DNA of 64,000 nt from Hypanus sabinus (taxonomy: Eukaryota): contig NC_082718.1 in NCBI RefSeq assembly GCF_030144855.1, positions 32,612,001 through 32,676,000 of the forward strand, in the 5' to 3' direction. Below, one piece after another: positions 1-12,797 of this stretch (the stretch's first letter is position 1; each line of letters opens with the position of its first letter). A program made the translations under genes and the position numbers. The notes under the pieces are model-generated. The model was not told the DNA's origin and searched no databases. It saw only the letters and a program-made list of their open reading frames with translations.

Positions 1-228
1 ACTACTTATTTTATATTTACTTCTGATCGTAAATCATAATTTTATTTTAACACATTGCGTTATACTGCTGCAGCAAATCAATACATTTCACATCTGCCAG
101 CGATATGAAACCTGATTCTGAGAAGCCAAACTTTGCTCTATGTCAACAAGTGAGACACAGGTCTGAGCCCCGCCTGGGTGAGTAGAGGGTGACCCGGAGA
201 ACCCACACCCCGTTTTGAAAGCTCTGAC

Positions 229-728
229 CTGGAGTAAGGGGTGGGCCCGGCGCCTTTAATCTGCAGCTCCCACCTCCGGCCCTCGGCGCCCAGCACCTCG
301 CCCAGGTACATAGCGGCGCCGTCGCCCAGCTGCCCGGCGAACAAGCCGAACTGGTGACCGCAGTAGCAGTGGGCAGCGGGCTGGGAGCCCTTCAGCACCC
401 GGTTCCCGCTGAAGCACTCGGCCAGCTCCCGCTCTCCCGGTTCCCGCAGCCCGAGGAGAGCGAGGGCGGACGCCGAGTAGGCCACCAGCCGGGGCTCCTC
501 CACCGGGGCCGGCCGCACCAGGGAGAAGCAGGCGCCGGGCACCTGGCGACTGCCCGGTTCGTCGCTAGAGTCCACGGGCAGCGACCGCAGCGCCAGGTTG
601 TCGAAACGTAGATTCTGCAGGGTCATGGCGCCGATGGCCGCCGTAGCCATCGCCGGAGCGTTGCTACCGACACAGCGGCTCCAACAGCAGGCAGAGCGGG
701 CAACGCCGCGCACTGACACCGCTGCCAT
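229..728 (-). CDS. SELENOO: Selenoprotein O (protein adenylyltransferase SelO), first coding exon; rest of gene lies left of the window
   Basis: Translation contains LRFDNLALRSLPVD, RQVPGACFS and HCYCGHQFGLFAGQLGDGAAMYLGEV...WELQIKGAGPTPYSR (SelO/YdiU pseudokinase motifs). ATG at 728; phase-2 donor AG|GTCAG at 229/228. Arg-rich N-terminus lacking acidic residues resembles a mitochondrial presequence. Confidence 0.95.
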
Positions 729-742
729 CGGCAGAAGCAGCG

Positions 743-1087
743 CACCTCCCACCACAGCGACACTAAGCGGAGGGGCGCCCGTCGCTCACCTCCCACCACA
801 GCGACACTGAGCGGAGGGGCGCCCGTCGCTCACCTCCCACCACAGCGACACTGAGCGGAGGGGCGCCCGTCGCTCACCTCCCAACACAGCGACACTGAGC
901 GGAGGGGCGCCCGTCGCTCACCTCCCACCACAGCGACACTGAGCGGAGGGGCGCCCGTCGCTCACCTCCCAACACAGCGACACTAAACGGAGGGGCGCCC
1001 GTCGCTCACCTCCCACCACAGCGACACTAAGCGGAGAGGCGCCCGTCGCTCACCTCCCAACACAGCGACACCAAGCGGAGGGGCACC
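743..1087. repeat. 44-bp GC-rich minisatellite (VNTR), ~7.8 copies
   Basis: Unit cacctcccaccacagcgacactgagcggaggggcgcccgtcgct starts at 743, 787, 831, 875, 919, 963, 1007 and 1051. Confidence 0.97.
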
Positions 1088-1968
1088 TGCCGCAGAGTGA
1101 CACCCAGCGGAAGGGTCACCTTGAGGAAGCCGCAGTGACACCCTGTGCATCGCCGTCAGCGGGAGCCACCTGAGAGAGGCGTAACTATTGCCGCAGGAGC
1201 CCTTCTGCACCCATAGTAATCAACACCTGAGTGTGAACGGGATCTGACCATAAACATCTGTAAATCTGTCACAAAAAGGGAAGACCTGAAAACTTAATTT
1301 GCTTCTCTCTTTATAGATAACGCCTGACCTGCAGAGATTTCCCGACATTTTCTGTTTTTCTCTTCTACTACTAGCGCTGCCTTAACGAAACGATGCGGGA
1401 AATAATCTGCAGTTAAGAAAACTCCCGTGGAGAGAGAAAAATAAGATAACCTTTTTAGGACATGAAATGTAACTGTTTTTCTCCACTGATGTTGCATTTT
1501 CCGTAGCTCATTTCTAGTATATTTGATTTTATGTCAGATTTAGAGCACCCGCAGTAACATTTTCTAAGCTTCTTACTTTTGTTGAGTTCCTTGTGGCCAT
1601 TTGGAGGTGCCAAATTTATGTTTATGCGGAAAGCGGGGCAAATGAATGTGAAGAGCTGAAATTTATGGAACATAACAACATTCAGGGGTTGAATCTTGAT
1701 CAGGCAGATACGTGGCTGGGAGTTCCACAACAGAGGTCGATTTCAGAATAAAGCGGAACTATGTACGTATCAGAGATGGAAATCGGTAGTAAATTGTGTA
1801 ATCCATGCTAGGTGCTGGCTGGGACGGGAAATGAATGAAAGAAAAAAATTATAATCAGGTTTAATATCATTGGCATATGTCAAGAAGTTTGTTGATTGGC
1901 AGTAGAAGTTGGAATAAATTAATAAAAAATTATAGTAATTACAAACGTAGTGATATATACAGTGTATA

Positions 1969-2110
1969 TGGCAGCGCGGTTAGCACAACTGCTTTACAGT
2001 ACAGGAGACCCGGGTTCAATTCCCGCCACTGTTTGTGAGGAGTTTGTACGTTCTCCCCGTGACCGCGTGGGCTTCTTCCGGGTGCTTTGGTTTGAAAACA
2101 GTCTGGAAAC
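1969..2110 (+). mobile_element. V-SINE (HE1-like tRNA-derived SINE), partial
   Basis: tRNA-like head (ggttcaattccc box B) plus the V-domain gagtttgtacgttctccccgtgaccgcgtggg. Confidence 0.75.
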
Positions 2111-2139
2111 GTAAAATTTGAAAAAAAAGATATACACGT

Positions 2140-4662
2140 AATGCATATAAATTAAATTCATGCAGAAAGAAGAGGGAAAATACTGAGTTCATGGGTTCAT
2201 TCAGAATGCAGAGGGGGAGCTGTTGCTATATTTTTGAGTGTGTGTGTCTTCAGGCTCCTCCCTGATGAGACAGGGTGATGGGGTCCCCTTTTTGAGGCAT
2301 CGCCTTTTGAAGGGGTCCAGGATTCTGGGGGGGGGGGGGGTTAGTGCCCATGGTGGAGCTGACTGAGTTTACGATTTTCTGCAGCTTTTCGATCCTGTGC
2401 AATGCCCTCCCCCCCCCCACCTCAATATCTGAGAGTGATTAAACCAGTTAGGAGGCTCTCCACAGTACATCTGTAGAAATTTGTGATAGTCCTTGATGAC
2501 ATACCAAGTCTCTTCAAACTCCTCATGAAATATAGTTGCTGTGGTGCTTTCTTTGTAACTGCATCGATATGTTGGGGCAGGACAGATCCTCAGAGATGTT
2601 GACACCCAGGAACTTGAAACTTTTCAGCCTTTCCACTGCTGATCCCTCGATGAAGACTGGTGTGTGTTCCCCTTCCTCAACTCCTTGGTCTTACTGAAGC
2701 TGTGTGCAAGTTTCTGCGACACCACTCCACCAGCTGATCAGTCTCGCTCCTGTACGCCTCCTCGTCACCATCTGAAATTCGGCTGACAATAGTTGTGTCA
2801 TTGGCAAATTGGTAGATGGTGTTTGAGCTGTTCCTAGCCACGCAGTCATGGGTGAAGAGCTAAGCACACATCCCTGAGGTGTGCCGGTGTTGATTGTCAG
2901 CGAGGAGGAGATGTTGTTTCTGATCACACAGACTGTAGACTCTTGGTGAGATAGTCAAAGATCTGCTTGTAGAGAGAGGTACAGAGACTCAGGTGTTTGG
3001 AGCTTTTTGATTGGAACTGAGTGCATGATAGAGTTGAACACTGAGTCAGCCTGACATACGTATCGTTATTGTCCTGGTGATCCAAGGTTGAGTTCAGAGA
3101 TGGTCGTTGACTTCAGGAGGGCGCGGAGCGACCACTCTCCGCTGAACATCGATGGTAGAGATCGTAAAGAGCACCAAATTTCTTGGTGTTCACCTGACGG
3201 AAAATCTCACCTGGTCCCTCAACACCAGCTCCATAGCAAAGAAAGCCCAGCAGTGTCTCTACTTTTTGCGAAGGCTGAGGAAAGTCCATCTCCCACCCCC
3301 CATCCTCATCACATTCTACAGGGGTTGCATTGAGAGCGTCCTGAGCAGCTGCATCACTGCCTGGTTTGGAAATTGTACCATCTTGGATCACAAGACCCTG
3401 CAGCGGATAGTGAGGTCAGCTGAGAAGATCATCGGCGTCTCTCTTCCCGCCATCACATACATTTACACTACACGCTGCATCCGCAAAGGAAACAGCATTA
3501 TGAAGGACCCCACGCACCCCTCATACAATCTCTTCTCCCTCCTGCCATCTGGGAAAAGGCTCCGAAGCATTCAGGCTCTCACGACCAGACTATGTAATAG
3601 TTTCTTCCCCCAAGCTGTCAGACTCCTCAATACCCAAAGCCTGGACTGACACCTTACTGCCCTATCGACCTGTTTATTATTTATTGTAATGCTGGTACTG
3701 TTTTTGTGCACTTTATGCAGTCCAGTGTAGGTCTGTAGTATAGCTTTCTCTGTGTTTTTTTTTAATTACATAGTTCAGTCTAGTTTTTTGTACTGTGTCA
3801 TGTAAACCATGGTCCTGAAAAACGTTGTCTCATTTTTACTATGCTCTGTACCAGCAGTTATGGTCAAAATGACAATAAATGTTGACTTGACGAGTGAAGA
3901 GCCAATGAGAGTGTATCCACAATAAACCTATCGTGGTGATAGGCAAATTACAGTGGTTCCAGATCCTATCTTAGGCAGGAGTTGATTTTAGCCATGACTG
4001 ATGTGACAGCCCCTGGGTAGCTCACCCTGGGCACTGGTATGATTGTTACCCTTTCAAAGCAGGTTGGAACCTCCAGCTGTAGCAGCGAGGGATTGAAAAT
4101 GTCCTGCCAGTTGGTTGGCACAGGTTTTCAGAGCCCTGCCAAGTACACCATCAGGGCCTGAGGCCTTGCGAGCGTTCACCCTCCTGAAAGGTGTTCTGAC
4201 GCCGGCCTCTGAGACGGAGATCACAGAGTCACCAGATGCTGCAGGGATCCCTACAGGTGTGGTTTCATTCTCTCTTTCAAACCATGCATAAAAGGCATTG
4301 AGCTCATCTGGGAGTGAAGCTTCGCAGCCATCCCTGATGTTAGGTTTCGCTTTGTGGGAAGTAATGGCTTGCAAACTCTGCCAAAACTGATGTGCATTGA
4401 TTCTGTCTCTAACCTCAATCAGAATTGTTCATTTTTGCTCTTGAAATAATCTTCTGTAGGTCTTACCTGGATTTCTTGTTCAGTTATGGATCGCTGGTCT
4501 TGAGTGCCACAGACCTAGGCCTCAGCAGACTATGAATCTTGTGGTTCTTCCTTGGCTTTTGGTTCACTCTCCTCCACACAGGTCTTAATGACAACTGTGA
4601 GTATTCACTCAGCTTCTAAGATGAATCCCTGAATATTGTCCAGTCCACCGACTCAAAGCAGT
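2140..4662 (-). mobile_element. Decayed Rex1/Babar-type LINE, interrupted by a younger Rex1 at 3094-3890
   Basis: Minus-strand fragments ISSSLTINTGTPQGCVLS and LPDELNAFYAWFE...RKASGPDGVLGRALKTCANQLAG. Confidence 0.8.
3094..3890 (+). mobile_element. Young 5'-truncated Rex1/Babar LINE
   Basis: ORF 3152-3649 (KFLGVHLTENLTWSLNTSSIAKKAQQCLYFLRRL...FFPQAVRLLN); 3' tail aataaatgttgacttgac. Confidence 0.88.
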
Positions 4663-5059
4663 CAAAATAATGGTTTTGTTCCTTATAGAGTTTGAACTTC
4701 AAAACAAGATCATATCTGATTTAAGAGTAGGCGGCAAGGGAGAGGAAGAGAGAGTGATGTCAACAGGATTTCCAGATGTCAATGAGGATCTTGACATCTT
4801 TAAGGAAACTGAGCACACCCTTAAATCTCTTTCTCTGTACACCAGGTAATCCCATCCTAAGCTGTACTCATTCATATATCTAATGTCTGGTATGAGAAAA
4901 ATATGGCTTGGCCAGTACAGTCAGCTAAGCAGTCAGATGCTGCTCTGGAAGAAGATTCACTCCTAGTGAATGGACAAGCAGAACATTGCAGCTTTTTACC
5001 AGCAGGTGGCGGTATTGTAAAGGGGAGCAAGCATGTTCATGCCATTTCATACCATGTTT

Positions 5060-6426
5060 CAATAGACAATAGACAATAGACAATAGGTGCAGAAGTAGAC
5101 CATTCGGCCCCTCGAGTCTGCACCGCCATTCTGAGATCATGGCTGATCATTCACTATCAATACCCAGTCCCTGCCTTGTCCCCATATCCCTTGATTCCCT
5201 TATCCATCAGATATCTATCTAGCTCCTTCTTGAAAGCATCCAGAGAATTGGCCTCCACTGCCTTCCGAGGCAGTGCATTCCACACCTCCACAACTCTCTG
5301 GGAGAAGAAGCTCTTCCTCAACTCTGTTTTAAATAACTGACTTCTTATTCTCAATCCATGCCCTCTGGTACTGGACTCTCCCAACATCTGGAACATATTT
5401 CCTGCCTCAATCCTATCAAATCCTTTAATTATCTTAAACGTTTCAATCAGATCCCCTCTCAATCTCCTCAATTCCAGCGTGTACAAGCCCAATCTCTCCA
5501 ATCTCTCTGCATAAGACAGCCCTGCCATCCCAGGAATCAACCTAGTGAATCTACGCTGCACTTCCTCAATTGCCAGAATGTCCTTCCTTAAACCTGGAGA
5601 CCAAAACTGTACACAATATTCCAGGTGTGGTCTCACCAGGGCCCTGTACAAATGCAAAAGAACATCCTTGTAACAAAGGCCAACATTCCATTTGCCCTCT
5701 TCACTGCCTGTTGCACTTGCTCATTCACCTTCATTGACTGGTGAACTAGGACTCCTAGGTCTCTTTGCATTTCTCCCTTACCTAACTCGACACCGTTCAG
5801 ACAATACTCTGCCCTCTTGTTCCAGCTTCCAAAGTGGATAACTTCACATTTATTCTCATTGAATGACATCTGCCAAGTATCTGCCCGCTCACTCAGCCTA
5901 TCCAAGTCTCCCTGTATTCTCCTAACGTCCTCTTCGCATGTCACACTGCCACCCAGTTTAGTATCGTCAGCAAACTTGCTGATATAGTTTTCAATGCCCT
6001 CATCTAAATCATTGACATAAATCGTAAAGAGCTGTGGTCCCAATACAGAGCCCTGTGGTACCCCACTAGTCACTTCCAGCCAGTCTGAGAAACACCCATT
6101 CACTGCTACCCTTTGCTTTCTATCTGCCAACCAGTTTTCTATCCATGTTGAAACCCTGCCCCCAATGCCATGAGCTCTGATTTTACTCACCAATCTCCTA
6201 TGTGGCACTTTATCGAATGCCTTCTGAAAATCTAGGTACACAACATCTACTGGCTTACCCTCGTCTAACATCCTTGTTACACCCTCAAAAAACTCCAACA
6301 GATTAGTCAAGCATGATTTGCCCTTGGTAAATCCATGCTGGCTCGGCCTAATCCTATTTCTGCCATCTAGATGTGCCACTATTTCGTCCTTAATAATGGA
6401 CTCAAGCATCTTCCCCACGACTGACA
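5060..6426 (-). mobile_element. Young CR1-clade LINE (HER1-like), 5'-truncated RT and 3' end
   Basis: ORFs with YLDFQKAFDKVPH, SGVPQGSVLGP, SKFADDTKL and LVRPHLEYCVQFWSP; (ATTGTCT)n 3' tail at 5060-5086. Confidence 0.95.
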
Positions 6427-6554
6427 AGCCTCTCAAAGCTAAACTAACATTTCAAATGTTAAAATCAATTGAATCATTGAAATTAAAGTTTCTACATGTG
6501 ATTAGTGGCCAGGATATTTTACTTGTGTAACATTATAAATGAACAAAGAAAATG

Positions 6555-6690
6555 TGAACACAAGGGATTCTGCAGATGCTGGAAATCCAGAGCAACACAC
6601 AAAATGCTGGAGGAACTTAGCAGGTCAGACAGAACATGAATAAACAGTTGATGATTCAGGCCAAGAGCCTTCATCGGGACTGGAAAGAAA
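6555..6690 (-). mobile_element. Penelope-derived short element, degenerate hammerhead motif
   Basis: Shares acacaaaatgctggaggaact...cagcagg and cttcatcgggactg with the other copies. Confidence 0.6.
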
Positions 6691-6799
6691 ATGTGAAACA
6701 TCAGCAGGCCCTCCATCCAGTCCCACCCGATAAAAATGTTACAACTTTCCTGTACTGGCCCAGTGCCTCCATTCTCTTCCTGTCCAAAGATCTGTATGT

Positions 6800-7875
6800 T
6801 TTGAATTGAATTTACTTTATTTCTTACATCCTTCACATACATGAAGAGTAAAAATCTTTACGTTACATATCCCTCTAAATGTGCATAGTAATTTATAATA
6901 AATATGACAGTCAATGTAACATAGAAATGCACTCAAATCAGCGTGAGTTAATCAGTCTGATGGCCTGGTGGAAGAAGCTGTCCCAGACCCTGTTGGTCCT
7001 GGCTTTTATGCTGTGATACTGCTTCCTGGTTGGTAGCAGCTGGAATAGATTGTGGTTGGGGCGACTTGGGTCCCCAATGATCCTTCAGGCCCTTTTTACA
7101 CACCTGTCTTTGTAAATGTCCAGAATAGTGGGAAGTTCACATCTACAGATGTGCTGGACTGTCTGCACCACTCTCTACAGAGCCCTGTGATTAAGGAAGG
7201 TACAGTTCCCATACCAGGCAGTGATGCAGCCAGTCAGGATGCTCTCAATTGTGCTCCTGTAGAAAGTTCTTAGGATTTGAGGGTCCATACCAAACTTCCT
7301 CAACCATCTGAGGTGAAAGAGGCACTGTTGTGCCTTTTTCAGCACACAGCTGGTTTGTACAGACCACGTGAGATCCTCGGTGATGTGTATGCCAAGGAAC
7401 TTAAAGCCGTTCACCCTCTCATCCCCAGATCCATTGACGTCAATAGGGGTTAGCCCGTCTCCATTTCTCCTGTAGTCTACAACCAGCTCCTTTATTTTTG
7501 TGACATTGAGGGAGAGATTGTTTTCTTGACACCACAGTGTCAGAGAGATGGCTTTTTACCTGCAGACCACCTCATTATTGTTTGAGATCAAGCCAATCAA
7601 TGTCATCAGCAAAATTCATTAGCAGCTTAGAGCTGTGGGTGGCGACACAGTCACGGGTATACAGGGGGTAAAGGAGGGGACTTAGTACACAGCCCTGTAT
7701 TGAGAGTCAGAGGGGCAGTGAGGGAGCCCACTCTTACCACCTGCCAGTGATCTAACAGGAAGTCCAGGATCCAAGGCAGGGTCAAGGTCGTGGTCTCTGA
7801 GCTCCTTGTCAAGCCTGGAGGGAATTATTGTGTTGAATGCTGAACTGTAGTCCAAGAACGGCATTCTCACTCAAG
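6800..7875 (-). mobile_element. Rex1/Babar LINE fragment
   Basis: ORFs FLDYSSAFNTIIPSRL and KFLGIHITEDLTWS...KKAQQCLFHLR. Confidence 0.85.
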
Positions 7876-7914
7876 CATATGTTCAGTGACTGAACCTCCA
7901 ACCCTTCCTTGGGC

Positions 7915-8225
7915 CATCATCATTATTTGTTTGTCATATGATGTGGGTAATCATGGTCTTTCCATTACCATATCGTTTTTGGCAAATTTCTCTACAGAAG
8001 TGGTTTGCCATTGCCTTCTTCTGGGCGGTGTCTTTACAAGACAGGTGACTCCAGCCATTATCAATACTCTTCAGAGATTGCCTGGTGTCAGTGGTCCCAT
8101 AACTGGGACTTGTGATATGTACCAGCTGCTTACATGGCTTCACGTGACCCTGACCGGGGGGACAAGCAGGTGACCTACGGGTTAGCGGAGGGAGGGAGGG
8201 AGGGAGTGCCTTACACCTCCTTTGG
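7915..8225 (-). mobile_element. RTE-related SINE (family also at 14790-15100 and 63470-63850)
   Basis: Three homologous copies; BovB/RTE-like 3' motif aggcaatggcaaaccacttctgtag. Confidence 0.65.
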
Positions 8226-8659
8226 TAGTAATTTTATGTATTGCACTGTACTGCTGCCGCAAAAAAAATTCATGACATGTGAGTGATGATAAACCAGATT
8301 CTGATCTGGGTCTCTATTGTGGACTGAGAGTGGGAAGGGGGCAGGGAGAGGGGAATCATGGTTGGGAAAAGGGGAAGGGAGAGGGGTGGGAGCGGGAAGC
8401 ACCAGAGAGACATTCTGTAATGACTAATAAACCAATTGTTTGGAATCAAATGACCTTGCCTGGTGTCCCAGGGCTGGGTGTGTCTGCCCTGTACCAACCC
8501 CTGCCCCTGGCACTCCTCCTCTGCCACCTGTCCCAAACCCCTTTCGGTGGTTCATCCTCACCAGTCCCAACATCCCTTCCTTCCGCCCGATTTACGAAGT
8601 TTCTCTCTGCCCCACACTGACAAGTACAGTACTGTGCAAAAGTCTTGGGCACCCCAGCT
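8225..8659 (-). mobile_element. Composite Tc1-type MITE, truncated reverse copy
   Basis: Same cargo as 50613-51110; carries cagtactgtgcaaaagtcttgggcacc at 8627-8653. Confidence 0.8.
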
Positions 8660-9204
8660 GATCAACCTCTTCCTCTGGCAGCTGACTGGGCTGGAGAAGT
8701 GCAACACCCTGACTCGGTCCCCTGAGGCATGACCCATTTGGGATGGGACAGGGAACTGAAGCAACGTAGGAAAGTGGGCGAAGAGTGGGCTATCTCAATC
8801 TACCAACCTAATCGTCCCGTCAGCCATCTCCTGCACCCTCTGGGAAGGGAGCCGCAATTCCCAATTAGCCTCATTAACCAGTTCGGAACCCACAAAACCA
8901 GCTTAGGTGTGGCCTCCCTCAATCTGAAAGTGAACAGTGGAGAAGGTACAGGAATAGAGACATCCACTTATTGACCACTTAAATCCCACAGCAAGTGGGG
9001 GAATTAAATTATTAATGATACATTAAATCATATTGATGACAGGAATAACTTTTAAACTAATTTAATTTTTTCGGGATCAAGGCATCACGGGTAAAAATCA
9101 GTATGTCTTTCCATTCCTAGTGGTGGTGATTGACCTGCCCACTTCAGTGTCTTTGATGAAGGGAGGCGAAGACCTCAATATAATAGCCATCACTAAAGGG
9201 CAAA

Positions 9205-10762
9205 CTTGTGGGCCTGAAGATAGACAAGTCCCCTGGTCCTGATGGAATGCATCCCAGGGTACTGAAAGAAATGGCAGAGGCCTTGTCGATAATTTACCAA
9301 AATCCTCTAGACTCTGAATAGGTCCCGGCAGATCAGAAGAAGGCGAATATTACACCACTGTTCAAAAAAAGAATGGCGGCAAAAGGCAGTTAATTATGGG
9401 CCAGTTAGTTTAACAACTGTAGTTGGGAAAATACTTGAAGCCATCATTAAAGGATAGCGAGGCCTCTGGAAAGAAATGGATCCTTCAGACAGGCACGGTA
9501 TGGATTCAGCAAAGGCAGGTCCTGTTTGACAAATTTATGGAGTTCTTTGAGGATATAACAAGGACAGTGGATAGAGGGGAATGGATGGATGTTATTTACT
9601 AGGATTTTCAGAAAGCGTTCGATAAGGTGCCACATAAAAGACTTATCCATAAGATAAGGATGCATGGAGTTGGGGTGATATATTAGCATGGATAGAGAAT
9701 TGATTAACTAATAGAAAGCAGAGAGTTGGGGTACATGGGTGTTACTCTGGTTAGAAATTAGTGGTGAGTGGTGGTCCGCAGGGGTTGGTGGGGGGACCAC
9801 TTCTTTTTATGCTGTATATCAATGATTTAGATGATGGAATAGATGGCTTTGTTGCCAAGTTTGTAGATGATATGAAGATTGGTGGAGGAGCATGTAGTGT
9901 TGAGGAAACAGGTAGGATACAGAAGGACTTAGACAGATTAGGAGAATGGGGAAGAAATTGGCAAATGAAATACGATGTTGGAAGATGCATGGTCATGCAC
10001 TTTGGTAGTAGAAATAAATGTGCAGACGATTTTCTAAATGGGGAGAAAATCCAAAAATCTGAGATGCAAAGGGACTTGGGAGTCCTTGTGCAAACATCCT
10101 AAAGGTGGTGAGGAATGCAATGGTAATGTTTGCATTCATTTCAAGAGGTCTAGAGTACAAAAGCAGGGATGTGATGCTGAGGCTTTATAAGGCACTAATG
10201 AGGCCTCATCTTGAATATAGTGAACAGTTTCGGGCTCCTTATCAAAGAAAAGATGTGCTGGCATTGGAGAGGGTCCAGAGGAGGTTCACAAGGCCAATTC
10301 CGGTAATAAAAGAGTTATCAAATGAGGAATGCTTAATGGTTCTGGGCCTGTACTCGCTGGAATTTAGAAGTATAGGGGGGGGGGGTGGGGGGAGGATCTC
10401 TTTGAAACCTTTCAAAAATTGAAAGGCCTAGGCAGAGCAGATGTGGAGAAAACGTTTCCCCATGGTGGGGGAGCTCTAGGACGAGAAGGCACAGCCTCAG
10501 CATAGTGGGGCATCCATTTATAAACAAACGTGGAGAAATTTCTTCAGCTAGAGGGTGGTAAATTTGTGCAATTTGTTACCAAAGGCAGCAGTGGAGGCGA
10601 AGTTGTAGGGTGTAATTAAGCTGGAGATTGATAGGTTCTTGATTGGACATGGCATCAAAGGTTATGGGGAGAAGGAGGGGGTTAAAATCACCTTTATTGA
10701 ATGGCAGAGAAGACTCGATGGGCCAAATGGTCTAATTCTGCTCCTATGTCTTATGATCTTAC
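9205..10762 (+). mobile_element. Older CR1 LINE
   Basis: Fragments LYINDLDDGIDGFVAKFVDDMKIGG and LMRPHLEYSEQF; CR1 3' tail cctatgtcttatgatctt. Confidence 0.88.
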
Positions 10763-11914
10763 AGTAACCCATTTTTGTCCCTTCTCCCATCACTAGAAAC
10801 TGTTCCGTTGGGCTTAGTAGCTAAGCCACATGTGAAGGCCAGGAGCTGGACTTTGTTGTCAGAGGCTATTTGAGACTCACGCCATTGGGAGCATTTAATA
10901 GGTAGTGGAAGCTTATCCTCACCACCATCCCTGACTATAACAACCTTAAAGAAACAATATTAATATTGAATTCTGCTAAAATGGTGAAGGAACCACTTCT
11001 GTAAACATGTTGGCCTCTTACGCTACACAGGCGGACAACTACACTGACACACTGCAGAGGAATAAATCTGTGACCGATGAAATGCAAAAGCAAACTTTGA
11101 CGTTCCAACCTCCCAGATGAACCAATTTGGCTCCTGGTGGCAACTATTTTTATTTTTATTTTGAGATGAGTCACAGCAACAGGCCCTTATGGTCTGATGA
11201 ACTCACACTGTCAAGTGACCAATTAACTAGCTAACATGCAAATTTGTGGAATGTGGGAGGAAACCAGAGCATGTGGAGGAAACTCTCGGAGAATATTCAA
11301 ACTCTGCTGGAAGGAAAAAGTTAAATGTGGCTCCTCCTTGGTATATGTTTAAATAAAATGGAAGTCTGAAAGATGAAGTGCTGTTAGCTTGGAGAGGGAT
11401 TGTTTTGAAGAATGAATCCACAACGTTGTTATGGGAGTACAAGTCTACAGTCATAACAGTGGAAAATGAAGAACATGGTTTTCTGGGGAGGGCGAGGCCA
11501 TTGTGTGGATGCAGGTATGAAATACATGGAAAAATAGCAGTGTACGGGTTTGATGAGTATAAAAGGGGCACCTTCTTGGTGCAAGAGAAGCGAGCTTTGT
11601 CTTAGGTTGGATCATAGCTGGTGATAAGATAGGGAATAGTACTTCAAGAGTCAGAATTAGACTCGGAGAGAGGGGGAAGGGAGAAAAACCCAGGCTACAC
11701 GTGATGTTGTTGGATCTGCGACTGCCTTTGCCATTGCAGAGATTGGCTTGTTCAGTGAATGGTAAGTATTTTGATATTTGTACTGCTGCTACTGTAAACA
11801 TTTGATTTTTTTTTCTTTCTGCATTGAGCTCATGCTAGTTCAAATAAAGAACGTAACAAATTTTAAACTAATTTTCATTTACAGTTTCATTTCCCAGATA
11901 CTAAATTATGAGTA

Positions 11915-12685
11915 TAGTGGATTCCAGATAATTGGGCCAGCGGTTAATTGGGGCAGCTGCTTATTTGAGACAACTTAAAGAACAACTAATTGAGAAAATA
12001 GCCAGGATTCCCTTCATTTATTTGGGACACTATGCCGCTTAATTGGGACAAGAGACTGTTGCTGGTTCTAACTAGCGTCAGACGCAGGCACTTGTGTGGC
12101 TGTTAGGCGCTACACTTGCTTAGAGTGATCAGTTCTTAAAATAGCGTCAGTTGAACGTGCTTCTGTTCAAATAGCAGTGATTTTTATCACTCACAGTTGG
12201 CAAGAAATAAGCAGCGAAACAATTTAGAACTGTTTTGCTCGTTGTGGTTTCAAGCATTCAGCCTTGGAGAAGCCAGAAATGACTGGGGGTGAAAATGAAA
12301 CAATTTCACATCTTCAACAAGTTTGGAACTACAAAGAACTTGAAGGCATCAACAATCATCTTGAAATTTACAATGAAAAAGAAGATTTGGAGGATGTGAT
12401 TATCAAAATTTGCATGAAGACAGTCCATTGTCTTCACTAGGTGTCTATACTGATTCTGTTCATTTATAGTCAATCAAAAGAGCATACACTGGCTCTGTCA
12501 ATAACTATTAGGAACTAATACAGTTTTATAGTACTCTAGTAGTATTGGTAGTGTATTCATGTGTTCTGCATTTCATTTAAATATGTTACTTGTTACTCAG
12601 TTAAATGGCAGTTTGGTTTTTAAAAAAATAACTTTTTAACAATTTCCATGAAACTGTATTGGTCCCACTTAACCAAAATATACTG
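11915..12685 (+). mobile_element. Tigger/pogo-like internally deleted DNA transposon
   Basis: Imperfect TIRs (tagtggattccagataattggg / cccacttaaccaaaatatactg), TA at the left end; internal SWQEISSETI*NCFARCGF resembles a pogo transposase C-terminus. Confidence 0.7.
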
Positions 12686-12797
12686 CATTTTAAAAACAGG
12701 TTCTTCTCTCAACATGGTATTGGCTCACAGACCAATCCCAAGGGAAGATGACATTATAGGTGTTTCTGTGAAAGAATATTTGGTAAACATTTCTATT

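Larger units (their letters stand above)
150..1200. promoter_or_regulatory. CpG island / SELENOO promoter and 5' region
   Basis: Very GC- and CpG-rich relative to the AT-rich, CpG-depleted remainder; covers the first coding exon and upstream sequence. Confidence 0.8.

Noticed and set aside
138-228. ORF-track extension SELSKRGVG... of SELENOO
   Set aside because: Read-through into intron 1 past the AG|GTCAG donor; SelO similarity stops at PYSR.
729-755. ORF-track start at 755 (MVGGALLLP)
   Set aside because: It is a GTG inside the VNTR; the first ATG is at 728.
743-1087. CRISPR-like array (palindromic repeats at regular spacing)
   Set aside because: Units are head-to-tail with no unique spacers, there are no cas genes, and the context is eukaryotic; it is a VNTR.
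1690-1735. ZNF143/Staf-like motif (gctgggagtt) upstream of SELENOO
   Set aside because: Only a partial match; not supportable by eye.
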